From: an uncultured Candidatus Entotheonella sp.
Lineage (GTDB): Bacteria > Tectomicrobia > Entotheonellia > Entotheonellales > Entotheonellaceae
DNA length: 64,000 nucleotides
Reading direction: 5' to 3'
Assembly (NCBI GenBank): GCA_965215335.1
Contig: CBDCDA010000002.1
Location: 1,178,979-1,242,978, forward strand
Part shown: positions 9,789 to 20,092 of the stretch, piece after piece
Numbering within the stretch: the first letter of the stretch is position 1
Layout of the letters: each line of letters opens with the position of its first letter
Program-made: the position numbers and the translations under genes
The notes under the pieces: generated by a model
The model's input: only the letters and a program-made list of their open reading frames with translations
What the model was told of the DNA's origin: nothing
Databases searched by the model: none

Positions 9789-11204
9789 TTGCGCATGGGA
9801 CTATTTGGGACTATGGAGATCAAGACAAGGCTTATGAAGAACAAGACCCGTTTTATTCCTTCCATGATAACCTTTTCCACGGCAGGCGCATCTGGCCAGT
9901 GCCGGTACAGTGCTCTGGCCCGCAGGCTTTTCCGTACCGGGCGGCTGCCGGGTCGTCGGGCCGTTCTGTGGTTTTGCCTGCTTGCTCTGTTCGTTTCTAC
10001 GTGCGGCACAGTGGGTGCGCAGGAAGCGCCGCAGGGTCCGCCGCCGGCCCCGGTGACCACGGCCGTGGCCGAGGGGGGGGCGTTCAGCAAGCCGGTGCAC
10101 GTGACGGGCACGGTCGAGGCGATGGCCAGCACGGTACTTTCCAGTGAAGTTGATGGCTATATGGCCGAACTGCGGGTCGACGAGGGTGACGCCGTGACCA
10201 AGGAGCAGGTGCTGGCCCAGATCCGCGTCTTGCCGTATCGCTTTGCTCTGGAGCAAGCCGAGGCGCTGGCGCGGGCGGACCGGGAGCGCCTCCGGGAGTT
10301 GCGGGCGGGAACCCGCGCGGAAGACATCGCAATGGCAAAGGCGAATCTTGCCAAGGCCGAGGTCGCGGCCGAAAAGGCCAACAAGAACTACGCCCGCAGC
10401 CAGTCGTTGCTGGACAAGAAGATCATCAGTGACGAGGAATTCGACGCGGCGCATGAACGCTGGGAGGAAGCCCAGGCGATCCTGGAGGTCGAGAAAGCGA
10501 CCCACGAACGCGCCTTGGCCGGGGCGCGTGAAGAGGAGATAGGAGCCGCCCGGGCCCGAGTCGCCGCCAGTCAGGCGCAGGTCGCCGTGGCCAAGGATCG
10601 GCTCGATCGCGCCACGATTCGCGCGCCGTTCGACGGGGTGATCACCGCGAAGCATACGGAAGTCGGGTCGTGGGTTTCGGTCGGCGACGGCGTTTTCGAT
10701 CTCGATACCACCAGCCGGGTGCGGGTGCGGGTGGACATCCCGGAGACGTACTATGGCCAGATCGTCATCGGCAGTGACATGTCGATCACGTTCGACAGCG
10801 TTCCCAACCAGACCTTTGTCGGCAAGGTGACCAAGAAAATTCCGCGCGCCAGCGGCAGGAGCCGGGCCTTTCCCATCAAGGTGGATCTGGACAACAGCGA
10901 GGGCCGCCTGGCGTCCGGCATGCTGGCCCGCGTGATGCTGGAGACCCCGCATTCGGGTGAGAGCAGCGTCATCGTGCCGCGCGACGCCCTGGTGCCGCGC
11001 GGGCCGAATCACATCCTGGTGCGCGTGCAGGACAAGGACGGGCAGCCGATTGCGGAGATATTGCCGGTGAAGCCGGGGCGCTATTTCGGCGAGGCAGTGG
11101 AAGTATTTGGCGATTTGCGGGCCGGTGACCGCGTCGTGGTGCGTGGCAATGAGCGCCTGCGACCGGGTCAGCCTCTGGTGCTGGACCGGTTTCTGACAAA
11201 TTAG
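9789..11204 (+). CDS. RND efflux periplasmic adaptor (MFP) subunit; true start probably downstream
   Basis: Long coiled hairpin; IRAPFDGVI, GMLARV, VPRDAL, GDRVVVRG motifs. Confidence 0.9.
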   Translation: MRMGLFGTMEIKTRLMKNKTRFIPSMITFSTAGASGQCRYSALARRLFRTGRLPGRRAVLWFCLLALFVSTCGTVGAQEAPQGPPPAPVTTAVAEGGAFSKPVHVTGTVEAMASTVLSSEVDGYMAELRVDEGDAVTKEQVLAQIRVLPYRFALEQAEALARADRERLRELRAGTRAEDIAMAKANLAKAEVAAEKANKNYARSQSLLDKKIISDEEFDAAHERWEEAQAILEVEKATHERALAGAREEEIGAARARVAASQAQVAVAKDRLDRATIRAPFDGVITAKHTEVGSWVSVGDGVFDLDTTSRVRVRVDIPETYYGQIVIGSDMSITFDSVPNQTFVGKVTKKIPRASGRSRAFPIKVDLDNSEGRLASGMLARVMLETPHSGESSVIVPRDALVPRGPNHILVRVQDKDGQPIAEILPVKPGRYFGEAVEVFGDLRAGDRVVVRGNERLRPGQPLVLDRFLTN

Positions 11205-11251
11205 AGGGTGCATACGGCGGTCGAACGCCGGGAAGTCGAGGACGTTAAGCG

Positions 11252-14200
11252 ATGATACGATACTTCATTCGGAATGGTATTGCCGTATCCGTGCTGAGCA
11301 TGGCGTTGTTGCTGTTCGGCGTGCTGGCTCTGTTCAGCCTGCCTATCCAGCTCACTCCCGACGTGTCGGCGCCGGTCATCAGCGTTGTGACCTACTATCC
11401 CGGCGCGACCCCGGAGGACATCGAACAGGACATCCTGATCGATCAGGAACAGTACCTGAAAAGCCTCCCGGGGCTGGAAAAAATGATCAGCACGGCTTCG
11501 ATGGGGCAGGCGGAGGTCGAGCTGGAATTCGGGCTGGAGACGAATCAGCAGGAGAACATCGTCCGCATCAACAACGCCCTCGCCCAGGTGCCCGGCTACC
11601 CGGAGAACGTGGACGAGCCGACGATCCAGACCTCGCGCGCGTCCGAGCAGCCGGTGGCCTGGATCAGTGTGCGTACGCGCCCGGAGCACCCGGAACCGCT
11701 CGACGTGCAGGAAATGTTCGACTACGTGGAGGATCACGTCAAACCGTATTTCGAACGGCTGACGGGCATTTCCAGCGTGCGCGGCGTTTACGGCGGCACC
11801 GAGCGGCAGATGCAGGTGATGATCGATCCCACCAAGCTGGCGGACCGCGGCATTGCCATCTCCAGGGTGCGGGAGGCGATTCGGTCGCGCAATCGTGACG
11901 TGTCCGGCGGCGACCTGGATGAGGGTAAGCGGCGTTTCAACGTTCGCACGGTCGGCCGTTATGAATCCACCGCCGATATCGAAGACACCATCATCGACAT
12001 CCAGGACGGCACGCCCGTCTACCTGCGCGACGTCGGCTACGCCCGTCTGGGACACGCCGAGAAGCGCACCCTGATCCGCCAGAATACCGAACCCGCCCTG
12101 GCGTTTGGCCCGCAGCGCAAGCGGGGCACGAACCTGCTGGTGGTCATGGAGCAGGTCCAGGGGGCCATCCGGGAACTGAATGACGGTGTCTTGCGCGAGA
12201 AGGGCATTTATCTGACGCGGGTGACGGACAGCACCAGTTACGTCCGCGACGCGGTCGACATGGTGCGGTTCAACCTGCTTTTCGGCGGCATGCTGGCCCT
12301 TGGCATCCTGCTGATCTTCCTGCGCCACGCCCGTTCCACCCTGATCGTCGGCTTGGCGATTCCGTTGTGCGTCGTCGGTTCCTTCTTCATGATCAGCGTG
12401 TCGGGACGTTCCATCAACGTCATCTCGCTGGCCGGTCTCGCCTTTTCCATCGGCGCCGTCCTCGACGCCTCGATCGTCGTTCTGGAGAACATCTACCGGC
12501 ATCGCTCCATGGGCAAATCGTCCTTTGACGCAGCCTACGACGGCACCAGCGAGGTGTGGACGGCCATCCTGTCTTCGGTGTTGACGAACGTCGTGGTCTT
12601 CACGCCCATCATCACGCTGGCGGACGAGGCGGGGCAGATTTTCCGCGACCTCGCCATCGCCATCGTGGCGGCCAACATCCTGGCCCTGATCGTTTCCATC
12701 CTCATCATCCCGCCCCTCGCCGCCCGGTTGCTCACGCGCGTGCCGACGATGGACAGGCAGGGATTCATGGGTCAACTCCAGCGCCTGTTCGGGTTGGCAC
12801 CCCTGGCGGCGAGAATCCACGGCGGCTTCCTGCGTTCTGCGCTCACCTGGCTGATGGGCGGCGTCATCCGGCGCATCATCGTCACGGCCACGGTGCTGGC
12901 CGTCGCGGTGACGTGCATCCTGGTCTTCATGCCCAAGGCGGAATACCTGCCGGAAGGCAATCGGCAGACCATTATCGGCGTCCTGATCCCGCCACAGGGC
13001 TACGGCATGCCCGAGATCACGGCGATCGGGCAGGAACTGGAGAAACGGGTGAAGCCGATGCTGGATGCCTCCGTGGCCGATTTCGAGGCAGGTCGAATCG
13101 AGGCGCCGCCGCTGAAATACTTCTTTTTCGCGGCATTCCGCAATCGGATGTTCCTGTTCACCCGCCCCAAGAGCCGTGCGCACCTGTCCGCCGTGCCGCC
13201 CGCTCTGCAGCGCCTCATGAGTGACGTTCCGGGCACGATTGCCTTTGCCCTGAAAATGTCCATCTTCAGTCGCGACATCATGGGTTCGCGGGCCATCAAC
13301 GTCGATGTCATCGGGCCCGACGTGAAGGTCCTGACGAACATTGCGCAGGCATCCTTCTTCAAGGTCCTGGAGGCGCTTCCCGGGGCGCGGCCCGAACCCA
13401 AACCGGGTATCGAAATCGGCCAGCCGCAGGTCATCATCCGGCCTGACTGGGAGCGTGCCGCGCAGCTCGGGATCGACGTGCAGGACATCGGCTACAGCAC
13501 CTGGGTGCTGGGCGACGGGGCCTACGTGGACGACTACTACCACGAAGGCGACAAGATGGACCTGTATCTCTATTCCACCATGGGCGCCTACGACACGCTG
13601 GGGAATTTCGAGACCATCCGCATCGCGACGCGGTCAGGCGATACGGTACCCCTGTCCGACGTGGCCAGCATTGATTTCACCTACGGCCTGGAGCGCATTC
13701 GCCGCGTGGACAACCAGCGCGCGGTGACCCTGCGGATCACCCCGCCGGGCAATATCTCGCTGGAAGAAGCGATTGGAATCGTGCAAAACCACATCATCGG
13801 CGCCATGCAATCGGAGGGCCTGGTGCCACCCGGCTACACCATGCGCATCAGCGGCACCAGCGACAAACTGGCAGCCATCCGCGCCAAGCTCGGCACCGAC
13901 TTCCTGCTGGCGCTGATGCTGACGTACCTCACGATGGTTCTGGTGTTCCGCCACTGGGGTTACCCGCTCACCGTGATGCTGTCGGTTCCCATCGGTCTGA
14001 CGGGCGGCGTACTGGGTCTCTGGGTGCTCAACAGCTATCTGGGCATCGTCAGCCCGGGCACGATCCAGTCCCTGGACGTTCTGACCATGCTCGGTTTCGT
14101 CATTCTGCTGGGCAGCGTCATCAACAACCCCATTCTGATCGTGCAGCAGGCGATCAACTTCATGCGGCAGGGGCTGGATCCCCATCAGGCGATCGTGGAA

Positions 14201-14476
14201 TCGACGCTTACCCGCATACGACCGATCATGATGACGACGGGGACCACCATTTTCGGCCTCATGCCGCTGGTGCTGAATCCCGGCGCCGGTAGCGAGTTGT
14301 ATCGCGGTCTCGGCATGGTCATGTTCGGCGGCCTCATCCTGGGCACCGTCACGACCATCGTCTTCATCCCGTCGGTCATGTCGTTGATGTTTGACGCTGC
14401 CGGGCTGCTGCGCAGACAGAGCAATCTCGCTGCTGCCGCCGCGGCGCCACTCGCCAGCGAAGCCGGTAGCGACTAG
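11252..14476 (+). CDS. RND efflux transporter permease (AcrB/AcrD/AcrF family)
   Basis: 1074 aa, multi-TM; LPIQLTPDV, IVVLENIYRH, RIRPIMMT motifs. Confidence 0.95.
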   Translation: MIRYFIRNGIAVSVLSMALLLFGVLALFSLPIQLTPDVSAPVISVVTYYPGATPEDIEQDILIDQEQYLKSLPGLEKMISTASMGQAEVELEFGLETNQQENIVRINNALAQVPGYPENVDEPTIQTSRASEQPVAWISVRTRPEHPEPLDVQEMFDYVEDHVKPYFERLTGISSVRGVYGGTERQMQVMIDPTKLADRGIAISRVREAIRSRNRDVSGGDLDEGKRRFNVRTVGRYESTADIEDTIIDIQDGTPVYLRDVGYARLGHAEKRTLIRQNTEPALAFGPQRKRGTNLLVVMEQVQGAIRELNDGVLREKGIYLTRVTDSTSYVRDAVDMVRFNLLFGGMLALGILLIFLRHARSTLIVGLAIPLCVVGSFFMISVSGRSINVISLAGLAFSIGAVLDASIVVLENIYRHRSMGKSSFDAAYDGTSEVWTAILSSVLTNVVVFTPIITLADEAGQIFRDLAIAIVAANILALIVSILIIPPLAARLLTRVPTMDRQGFMGQLQRLFGLAPLAARIHGGFLRSALTWLMGGVIRRIIVTATVLAVAVTCILVFMPKAEYLPEGNRQTIIGVLIPPQGYGMPEITAIGQELEKRVKPMLDASVADFEAGRIEAPPLKYFFFAAFRNRMFLFTRPKSRAHLSAVPPALQRLMSDVPGTIAFALKMSIFSRDIMGSRAINVDVIGPDVKVLTNIAQASFFKVLEALPGARPEPKPGIEIGQPQVIIRPDWERAAQLGIDVQDIGYSTWVLGDGAYVDDYYHEGDKMDLYLYSTMGAYDTLGNFETIRIATRSGDTVPLSDVASIDFTYGLERIRRVDNQRAVTLRITPPGNISLEEAIGIVQNHIIGAMQSEGLVPPGYTMRISGTSDKLAAIRAKLGTDFLLALMLTYLTMVLVFRHWGYPLTVMLSVPIGLTGGVLGLWVLNSYLGIVSPGTIQSLDVLTMLGFVILLGSVINNPILIVQQAINFMRQGLDPHQAIVESTLTRIRPIMMTTGTTIFGLMPLVLNPGAGSELYRGLGMVMFGGLILGTVTTIVFIPSVMSLMFDAAGLLRRQSNLAAAAAAPLASEAGSD

Positions 14477-14552
14477 GAAAAGGTATGGCGGGGGCCCTGT
14501 CGCCGTCCGGTTTGCGTTTCCGGTTGCAACGAAATCAAAGGGGAGGCGGATT

Positions 14553-15494
14553 ATGATACTCGGCAGTGGTGACTTGTGCTTCGAACCGGTAGTCGACTGG
14601 GAAAAGCTGCCGGAGGGCTGGTCGTTCGTCGACGTCGCCGGCGTGGCGGTCGATTCGCACGACAACGTGTACGTCCTGAACCGCAGCGAGCATCCCGTCA
14701 TCGTCTTCGACCGCGACGGGAATTTCCTGCGATCCTGGGGCGAGGGCGCTTTCAGCGACCGCACGCACGGCATCTACGTCGGACCCGACGACAGCGTCTA
14801 CTGCGTGGACGACGGCCTGCACACGGTCCGCAAGTTCACGACCGCAGGCAAGCTGCTCCTCACCCTCGGCACGGAAAGTCAGCCGGCCCCCAAGTGGGCC
14901 GGCAACCCCTTCAACCGCCCGACACACGTGGCGGTCTCACCGGTTACCGGCAATCTGTACGTCTCCGACGGTTACGGCAATTCCCGTGTGCATATCTTCG
15001 CGCCCGACGGGCGGCCCCTGCATTCCTGGGGCGAGCCCGGCATCGACCCCGGGCAGTTCATCCGCCCGCACAACGTGGCTATCGACAAGGATGATCAGGT
15101 GTACGTGGCCGACCGCGAGAACCACCGCATTCAGGTATTCGACGCCAAGGGCAACTACCTCGCCATGTGGAACAACATCCACCGCCCCGACGGCATCTGC
15201 CTCGACAGCGAGGGTTATCTGTACATCGGCGAGTTGAACGGCATGGCCGGTGTCGACGACGCACCCGGGTTGGGACACCGGGTGAGCATCTACAACCTGA
15301 AGGGCGAGTTGCAGACGCGCTTCGGCGACCCCGAGGAAGGGGAGGGACCGGGCCAGTTCATCGCGCCGCACGGGGTGGGTGTCGACTCGCGCGGCGACGT
15401 CTATGTCGGCGACGTGGCCTACACCATCCGAGGCCGGCATCTCGATCCGCCGCGGGAATTGAAGTGCCTGCGGAAGTTCAGCCGGAAACGGTAG
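14553..15494 (+). CDS. NHL-repeat beta-propeller (peptidyl-alpha-hydroxyglycine amidating lyase-like)
   Basis: YVSDGYGNSRVH, YVADRENHRIQVFD repeats. Confidence 0.85.
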   Translation: MILGSGDLCFEPVVDWEKLPEGWSFVDVAGVAVDSHDNVYVLNRSEHPVIVFDRDGNFLRSWGEGAFSDRTHGIYVGPDDSVYCVDDGLHTVRKFTTAGKLLLTLGTESQPAPKWAGNPFNRPTHVAVSPVTGNLYVSDGYGNSRVHIFAPDGRPLHSWGEPGIDPGQFIRPHNVAIDKDDQVYVADRENHRIQVFDAKGNYLAMWNNIHRPDGICLDSEGYLYIGELNGMAGVDDAPGLGHRVSIYNLKGELQTRFGDPEEGEGPGQFIAPHGVGVDSRGDVYVGDVAYTIRGRHLDPPRELKCLRKFSRKR

Positions 15495-15628
15495 GCGGGT
15501 TGGCGTTCACGTGTATAACACGATAGACGGACGGCGCCTGAAATGCTCTGAACGATTCGCCATGGCCGTGCAACCGGCCACGCGGCACTGCGATTTTGAC
15601 ATTAACACGCCCTGATCGGGAGAGAATC

Positions 15629-16180
15629 ATGGCAGGTACGTTGTCGACGGCAACGTTCGGGGCCGGGTGCTTCTGGTGCACCGAGGCGGTATTCCTGGAC
15701 GTCAAGGGCGTGCATCGCGTCGTTTCCGGCTATGCCGGTGGCCACACGAAAAATCCGACCTATCAGCAGATCTGCACGGGCACGACCGGCCACGCGGAGG
15801 TCATCCAGATCACCTTCGATCCTGCCGTCATTTCGTTCGAGGACCTACTCGAGGTGTTCTGGCGCACCCACGACCCCACCACACTGAACCGCCAGGGTGC
15901 CGACGTCGGCACGCAGTACCGTTCGGTGATCTTCTACCACGACGAAGGGCAGCGGGTGAGCGCCGAAAAATCGAAGCAGGAGATGGACGCCTCCGGGCTG
16001 TGGAAAGACCCGGTCGTTACCGAGATTGCGCCGTTCGACACGTTCTACACCGCCGAGGGGTATCACCAGGAGTTCTACCGGCGCAACCCGCACCAGCCTT
16101 ATTGCTTCGTGGTCATTGATCCCAAAATGAAGAAATTTCGCAGGGACATGCCGGCCGTCCTCAAGACGGCGAGAGGATGA
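15629..16180 (+). CDS. msrA: peptide-methionine (S)-S-oxide reductase
   Basis: FGAGCFWC, GTTGHAEV, RQGADVGTQYRS, AEGYHQ motifs. Confidence 0.97.
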   Translation: MAGTLSTATFGAGCFWCTEAVFLDVKGVHRVVSGYAGGHTKNPTYQQICTGTTGHAEVIQITFDPAVISFEDLLEVFWRTHDPTTLNRQGADVGTQYRSVIFYHDEGQRVSAEKSKQEMDASGLWKDPVVTEIAPFDTFYTAEGYHQEFYRRNPHQPYCFVVIDPKMKKFRRDMPAVLKTARG

Positions 16181-16186
16181 GCAGTG

Positions 16187-16429
16187 ATGATGGCCAGTGA
16201 CTGGATCAACATCGGCGGCTTCATCGGCATGCTGGCGCTCGGTTGGCGCATGTACGCCACCTTGCGGCGTGATTTGACCGCGGGGTTAGACGGCGTGCGC
16301 CGGGAAGTAGACAGCGTACGCCGGGAAGTAGACAGCGTGCGTAGGGAAGTGGCGGGCGTATCCGAGCGCCTGGCGCGTATCGAAGGCTGGATCGAGGGTC
16401 GCTTCAATCCGGTGGCTTCGGGTGATTGA
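16187..16429 (+). CDS. small membrane-anchored coiled-coil hypothetical protein
   Basis: N-terminal hydrophobic segment, heptad repeats, ERLARIEG tail. Confidence 0.65.
   Translation: MMASDWINIGGFIGMLALGWRMYATLRRDLTAGLDGVRREVDSVRREVDSVRREVAGVSERLARIEGWIEGRFNPVASGD
16287..16349 (+). repeat. 3 x 21-bp tandem repeat
   Basis: TAGACGGCGTGCGCCGGGAAG / TAGACAGCGTACGCCGGGAAG / TAGACAGCGTGCGTAGGGAAG. Confidence 0.9.
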
Positions 16430-16454
16430 GCATGAATCGCCACGCCGGACGTCC

Positions 16455-17423
16455 TCAGGACCGTGGCGTGAGTTCGCCGCCTGCCGCCCGGTCTCCGTGT
16501 TCCGCATGCAAGACCTGTTGCAGTACTTCCCGCGGCACGCGTACCTCAATCCCCGCGCGTTCCTCCTGTAACAACATCGCCACACGGGAATCCCGCTGTC
16601 CCCAGCCGCGGTTCAGCGCCGCGGTCAGCTCGGCCAGCGTCAGGTTGGCGAGACGCATGGGCACGTCGAACTCGCGACCGACCTCCACCGCCAGCGCCAC
16701 GTCCTTGTGCGCCAGCCCGAGGGCAAAGTCAGCCGGGTCGAAACGTCCCGGCAGGAAATGCTGCGCCAGGCCGTCGAAGGTCTGCCGGCGCCCCAGGGCG
16801 CCCTGGCGGACCGCCTGCCAGAGCGCCAACGGCTCGACGCCCGCCTTGACTCCCATGCTGAAGGTCTCGGCGAGCGCCGTCTGCAGAATGTAGCCGGTGC
16901 AGTTGTGCACCAGCTTGGCGACGGATCCCGTGCCGATGTCGCCGACGTAGAACGCCTGGTCGCCGATGGTGTCAAGAACAGGCTTGCAGCCCTCGAAGAT
17001 GGTCTTGTCGCCACCGACCCAGATGGCCAGTCTGCCGGTGCGGGCGCCCTGTGGTCCGCCGCTTACCGGGGCGTCCAGCAGGTGCGCCCCGCGCGCCGCG
17101 AAGGCGTCGTGGAGACGGCGGATCAAGGTCGGTGAGTTGGTGCTCAGGTCGAAGTAGACCTTACCGGGGCTGATGCCTGCCAGAATGCCGCGCTCGCCGA
17201 GGGCGACAGTCTCCACCTCCGGCGGCCCCGGCAGGGAGGTGAACAGGATGTCGCTGGCCGCCGCCACTTCCCGCGCGTTGTCGGCCCATACGGCGCCGGC
17301 TTCCAGGTGCGGCCCGGCGGCGTCTCGGTTGATGTCGTTGACGGTGAGATGGTGGCCGGCCTTGAGGACACTGAGGGCCATGCTCGACCCCATGGTTCCC
17401 AGGCCGATGAATCCGAGTTCCAT
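16455..17423 (-). CDS. 3-hydroxyisobutyrate/tartronate-semialdehyde reductase family NAD(P)-dependent oxidoreductase
   Basis: GFIGLGTMG, DAPVSGG, AKLVHN, KDVALA motifs. Confidence 0.9.
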   Translation of the reverse strand: MELGFIGLGTMGSSMALSVLKAGHHLTVNDINRDAAGPHLEAGAVWADNAREVAAASDILFTSLPGPPEVETVALGERGILAGISPGKVYFDLSTNSPTLIRRLHDAFAARGAHLLDAPVSGGPQGARTGRLAIWVGGDKTIFEGCKPVLDTIGDQAFYVGDIGTGSVAKLVHNCTGYILQTALAETFSMGVKAGVEPLALWQAVRQGALGRRQTFDGLAQHFLPGRFDPADFALGLAHKDVALAVEVGREFDVPMRLANLTLAELTAALNRGWGQRDSRVAMLLQEERAGIEVRVPREVLQQVLHAEHGDRAAGGELTPRS

Positions 17424-17457
17424 GCCGTGCTCCTTTCGCCACGTTGGCGTCCGTGCC

Positions 17458-18123
17458 CTACCGTTCCCGCAGTTTTTCCAAGGAGAAGTCGTCGCTGTTG
17501 ATCCAGTCGCGGTAGGCGGCTTCGGCGTCCAGCACCTTGTGCGCCTGGGCGATGACGTCGCGGGCGACCACCAGCGGGATGGTGACCACGCCGTTGGCGT
17601 CGGCATGAATCAGGTCGCCGGGCTGTACCCGGACGCGGCTTACTTCAACGGGCACCTGGGCCTCGAGAAACCCGAAGTTGCCGTGGGCCGGCACCATGCC
17701 CGGCGCGAAGTAGTGGAAGCCCATCTCCCGCACGCTCTCCACGTCGCGCACCCCGCCGTCCGTCACCAGGCCAATGGCGCCCAGCCGCTGTGCCAGCGTT
17801 GCCAGGCCATCGCCGAAATGACAGCCGTGATGCGGCCTGGGGCCCACGTCCTTCAGCACCAGCACCACGGGTTTCGGCGAGTCGTGTAGCGCCTGAAAGC
17901 ATTTCAGGCGCGCTTCCTTGTCGTGCACCCGCCCGTGCGTGGTGGTGTCGAGCGTCGCGGTCACGGCGTACCCGACCATGACGCCGAACTCCGGGAACAT
18001 GCAGCGAATGTCCCAGCCCATGAATCCGTCGGTGTCGCTGCGCACCTTGAAGGGCTCAATGGCGTTGGCTATAGTAGGCGTGTCGATCTGCCGCAAGGCG
18101 TTCAATTCGCTATCGGTAAGCAT
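17458..18123 (-). CDS. RraA/HMG-aldolase family protein
   Basis: DTPTIANA, VGYAVT, TDGGVRD, PGDLIHADANGV motifs. Confidence 0.88.
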   Translation of the reverse strand: MLTDSELNALRQIDTPTIANAIEPFKVRSDTDGFMGWDIRCMFPEFGVMVGYAVTATLDTTTHGRVHDKEARLKCFQALHDSPKPVVLVLKDVGPRPHHGCHFGDGLATLAQRLGAIGLVTDGGVRDVESVREMGFHYFAPGMVPAHGNFGFLEAQVPVEVSRVRVQPGDLIHADANGVVTIPLVVARDVIAQAHKVLDAEAAYRDWINSDDFSLEKLRER

Positions 18124-18213
18124 ATTCTGCACGTCATCTTCTCCTTGGAATCGGGCGCGGTCGCACAACCTCGATTGGCTCGCATGAACCCATACGGAAA
18201 GGTAGTGGACAGC

Positions 18214-19122
18214 ATGGCAACTACGGTGCTCATGACCGGCGCAACAGGATACATTGCCAACCAGCTTTTGCCCACCTTTGCCGAGACGTACAAGACGGTG
18301 CTGGTGGACGTGAAGGAAGAGAACCGGGCGGGGGAACGCGTCGAGGGCGTCGTGCTGGCCGACCTGATCGACACGGACCGCAGCAAGTACGCGCATCTGT
18401 TCGAAGGGGTGGATGCGGTGGTGCACCTGGGCTACAGGCACCGGACGGGCGACCCGCTGGACCATTTCCACGACGAGAACCGCAATGTCGTCATGGCCTA
18501 CAACGTATTGCGCTGTGCCTATGAAGCCGGTGCCTCACGCGTCGTGATCGCCAGTTCCAACCACGCCGCCGACTGGTACGAGCACCACCTCATTCACGCC
18601 GGCAAAATGGATGTCCTGGACCCGTACCGGTTGCCGTTGTCGGACAACTTCTACGGCTGGGCCAAGGCGACCTACGAACACCTTGGCTTCCTGTTCGCCT
18701 GCGGCTTTGGCGATTTCGTCGATGCCAACGGCCGCCAGCAGCACACCCGGCCCCTCGCCGCGCGGCGCAAGATGGGTGTCGTCATGGTGCGCATCGGCGC
18801 GCCGCGCGAGCTGGACCCGAGCCTGTACCAGGGCGACCCGGCCAATTACAAACGCGACCTCGGCGCCTACATCAGCCCGCGCGATCTCACCCAACTCATC
18901 GCCAAGGCCGTGGAGTCGCCCAACATCGACAACGAACACGGCGTTCCCTGGCAGGTCGTCTACGGCATCAGCAACAACACCCGCGCCTTCTGGTCGCTGA
19001 CCAGCGCCCGACGCGTGCTGGGTTACGAGCCGCAGGACGATTCGGAGGTCAAGTTCGCCGGGGACATCCAGCAGATCCTGCGTGATTCCGGCGCGCCGGG
19101 CGGCCGGGTGGGTCCGGCCTAG
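18214..19122 (+). CDS. NAD-dependent epimerase/dehydratase (uronate dehydrogenase-like SDR)
   Basis: TGATGYIA, ASSNHA, YGWAK, YGISNN motifs. Confidence 0.85.
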   Translation: MATTVLMTGATGYIANQLLPTFAETYKTVLVDVKEENRAGERVEGVVLADLIDTDRSKYAHLFEGVDAVVHLGYRHRTGDPLDHFHDENRNVVMAYNVLRCAYEAGASRVVIASSNHAADWYEHHLIHAGKMDVLDPYRLPLSDNFYGWAKATYEHLGFLFACGFGDFVDANGRQQHTRPLAARRKMGVVMVRIGAPRELDPSLYQGDPANYKRDLGAYISPRDLTQLIAKAVESPNIDNEHGVPWQVVYGISNNTRAFWSLTSARRVLGYEPQDDSEVKFAGDIQQILRDSGAPGGRVGPA

Positions 19123-19128
19123 ACGACC

Positions 19129-19983
19129 TCACACCTCCGCCCACAGGCGCCGCAGGTATGCGGCGTCTTGCCGCGCCCACGCCTCCAGGTTCGGCGGCGT
19201 CTCGTCGGCATAGCCGACCTGCCGGATGACGGACTCGTCGAAGCCGTATTCGGTGTGCACCGAAAAAGGCCCATCGTAGCCCAAAGCCTTCAACGCCCCC
19301 AGCGCCCGGCGCCAGTTGACCGCACCGCTGCCGAGCTTGACGAAGCGCGGCAGGAACGGCGGCTCGCTCCCCTCTGGCTGCGGGGCGTGAACGGCGTCCT
19401 TGATGCCGATGATCGACAGGTAGTCCCGCACCATCGCCAAGCCCATGGCGTAATCCTCACCGTCCAGAATCATGTGTCCCAGATCCGGATAGGCGCCGAC
19501 CCATTGCGCGTCGAGGTCCCGTAGCAGGTGCATCATGCCGGCGCAGTTGGAACCCAGCACCGGGCCGCTGTGGAGCTGGTAAACGGTCTGCACGCCGTGT
19601 TTCCGGCCGACCTGCGCGAAGCGTTCCAGGTTGCGACGCCCGGCGTCCACCAAGGCCCAGTAGTCGTTCCCGGGCTTGAAGGCAAAGAAGCCGGGTTTCA
19701 CGCGGGGGACCCCGGCAGCCGCGCAACCGGCGTACAAAGACTCGACGTCCGGGGCGTCGGGATCGATCCACGAGATGGGGGTGGTTGCCAGCGGACAGGT
19801 GAGCCCCTGTTCCCGCCAGACGCGGACGGCCTGCGGCAGCGCCGTTTCGGCGTTTGCGGGGTTGACCGGATGGCCGGGACGCACGTTGACGTCAACGCCG
19901 TCGAAGCCCAGCGCGCGAGCCTTGTCGCCGAGTTCCGGGACGCTCAGGACATGAAAGAATTTGGAGTTCAGCACGATCTCCAT
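19129..19983 (-). CDS. sugar phosphate isomerase/epimerase (xylose isomerase-like TIM barrel)
   Basis: GFDGVD..VRPG, DLGH, IKD, LGSGAVNW, HTEY motifs. Confidence 0.85.
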   Translation of the reverse strand: MEIVLNSKFFHVLSVPELGDKARALGFDGVDVNVRPGHPVNPANAETALPQAVRVWREQGLTCPLATTPISWIDPDAPDVESLYAGCAAAGVPRVKPGFFAFKPGNDYWALVDAGRRNLERFAQVGRKHGVQTVYQLHSGPVLGSNCAGMMHLLRDLDAQWVGAYPDLGHMILDGEDYAMGLAMVRDYLSIIGIKDAVHAPQPEGSEPPFLPRFVKLGSGAVNWRRALGALKALGYDGPFSVHTEYGFDESVIRQVGYADETPPNLEAWARQDAAYLRRLWAEV

Positions 19984-20020
19984 AACGTATGTCATCCAAA
20001 GAAAAAAGCAGAAATTGCCG

Positions 20021-20060
20021 CTCCCTCGCCCCTGGAGGGAGAAGACAGGGGTGAGGGGGA
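20021..20060. repeat. imperfect palindromic intergenic repeat (CCCCTCACCCC...CTCCC...GGGGxGAGGG type)
   Basis: Minus strand reads TCCCCCTCACCCCTGTCTTCTCCCTCCAGGGGCGAGGGAG. Confidence 0.55.
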
Positions 20061-20092
20061 AAATCTGGGCTGAGACACGACCTGGAAGCGCG

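Noticed and set aside
11201..13543. Long antisense ORFs (this 780-aa one, 25638-27638, 50689-52479 and others)
   Set aside because: Shadow frames of real genes in GC-rich DNA; no recognisable motifs
15629..16180. msrA as a second selenoprotein
   Set aside because: The active site is encoded by Cys codons (GCFWC); no in-frame TGA
16287..16349. Possible CRISPR array
   Set aside because: Repeats are contiguous with no spacers, are in frame within a CDS, and no cas genes are present
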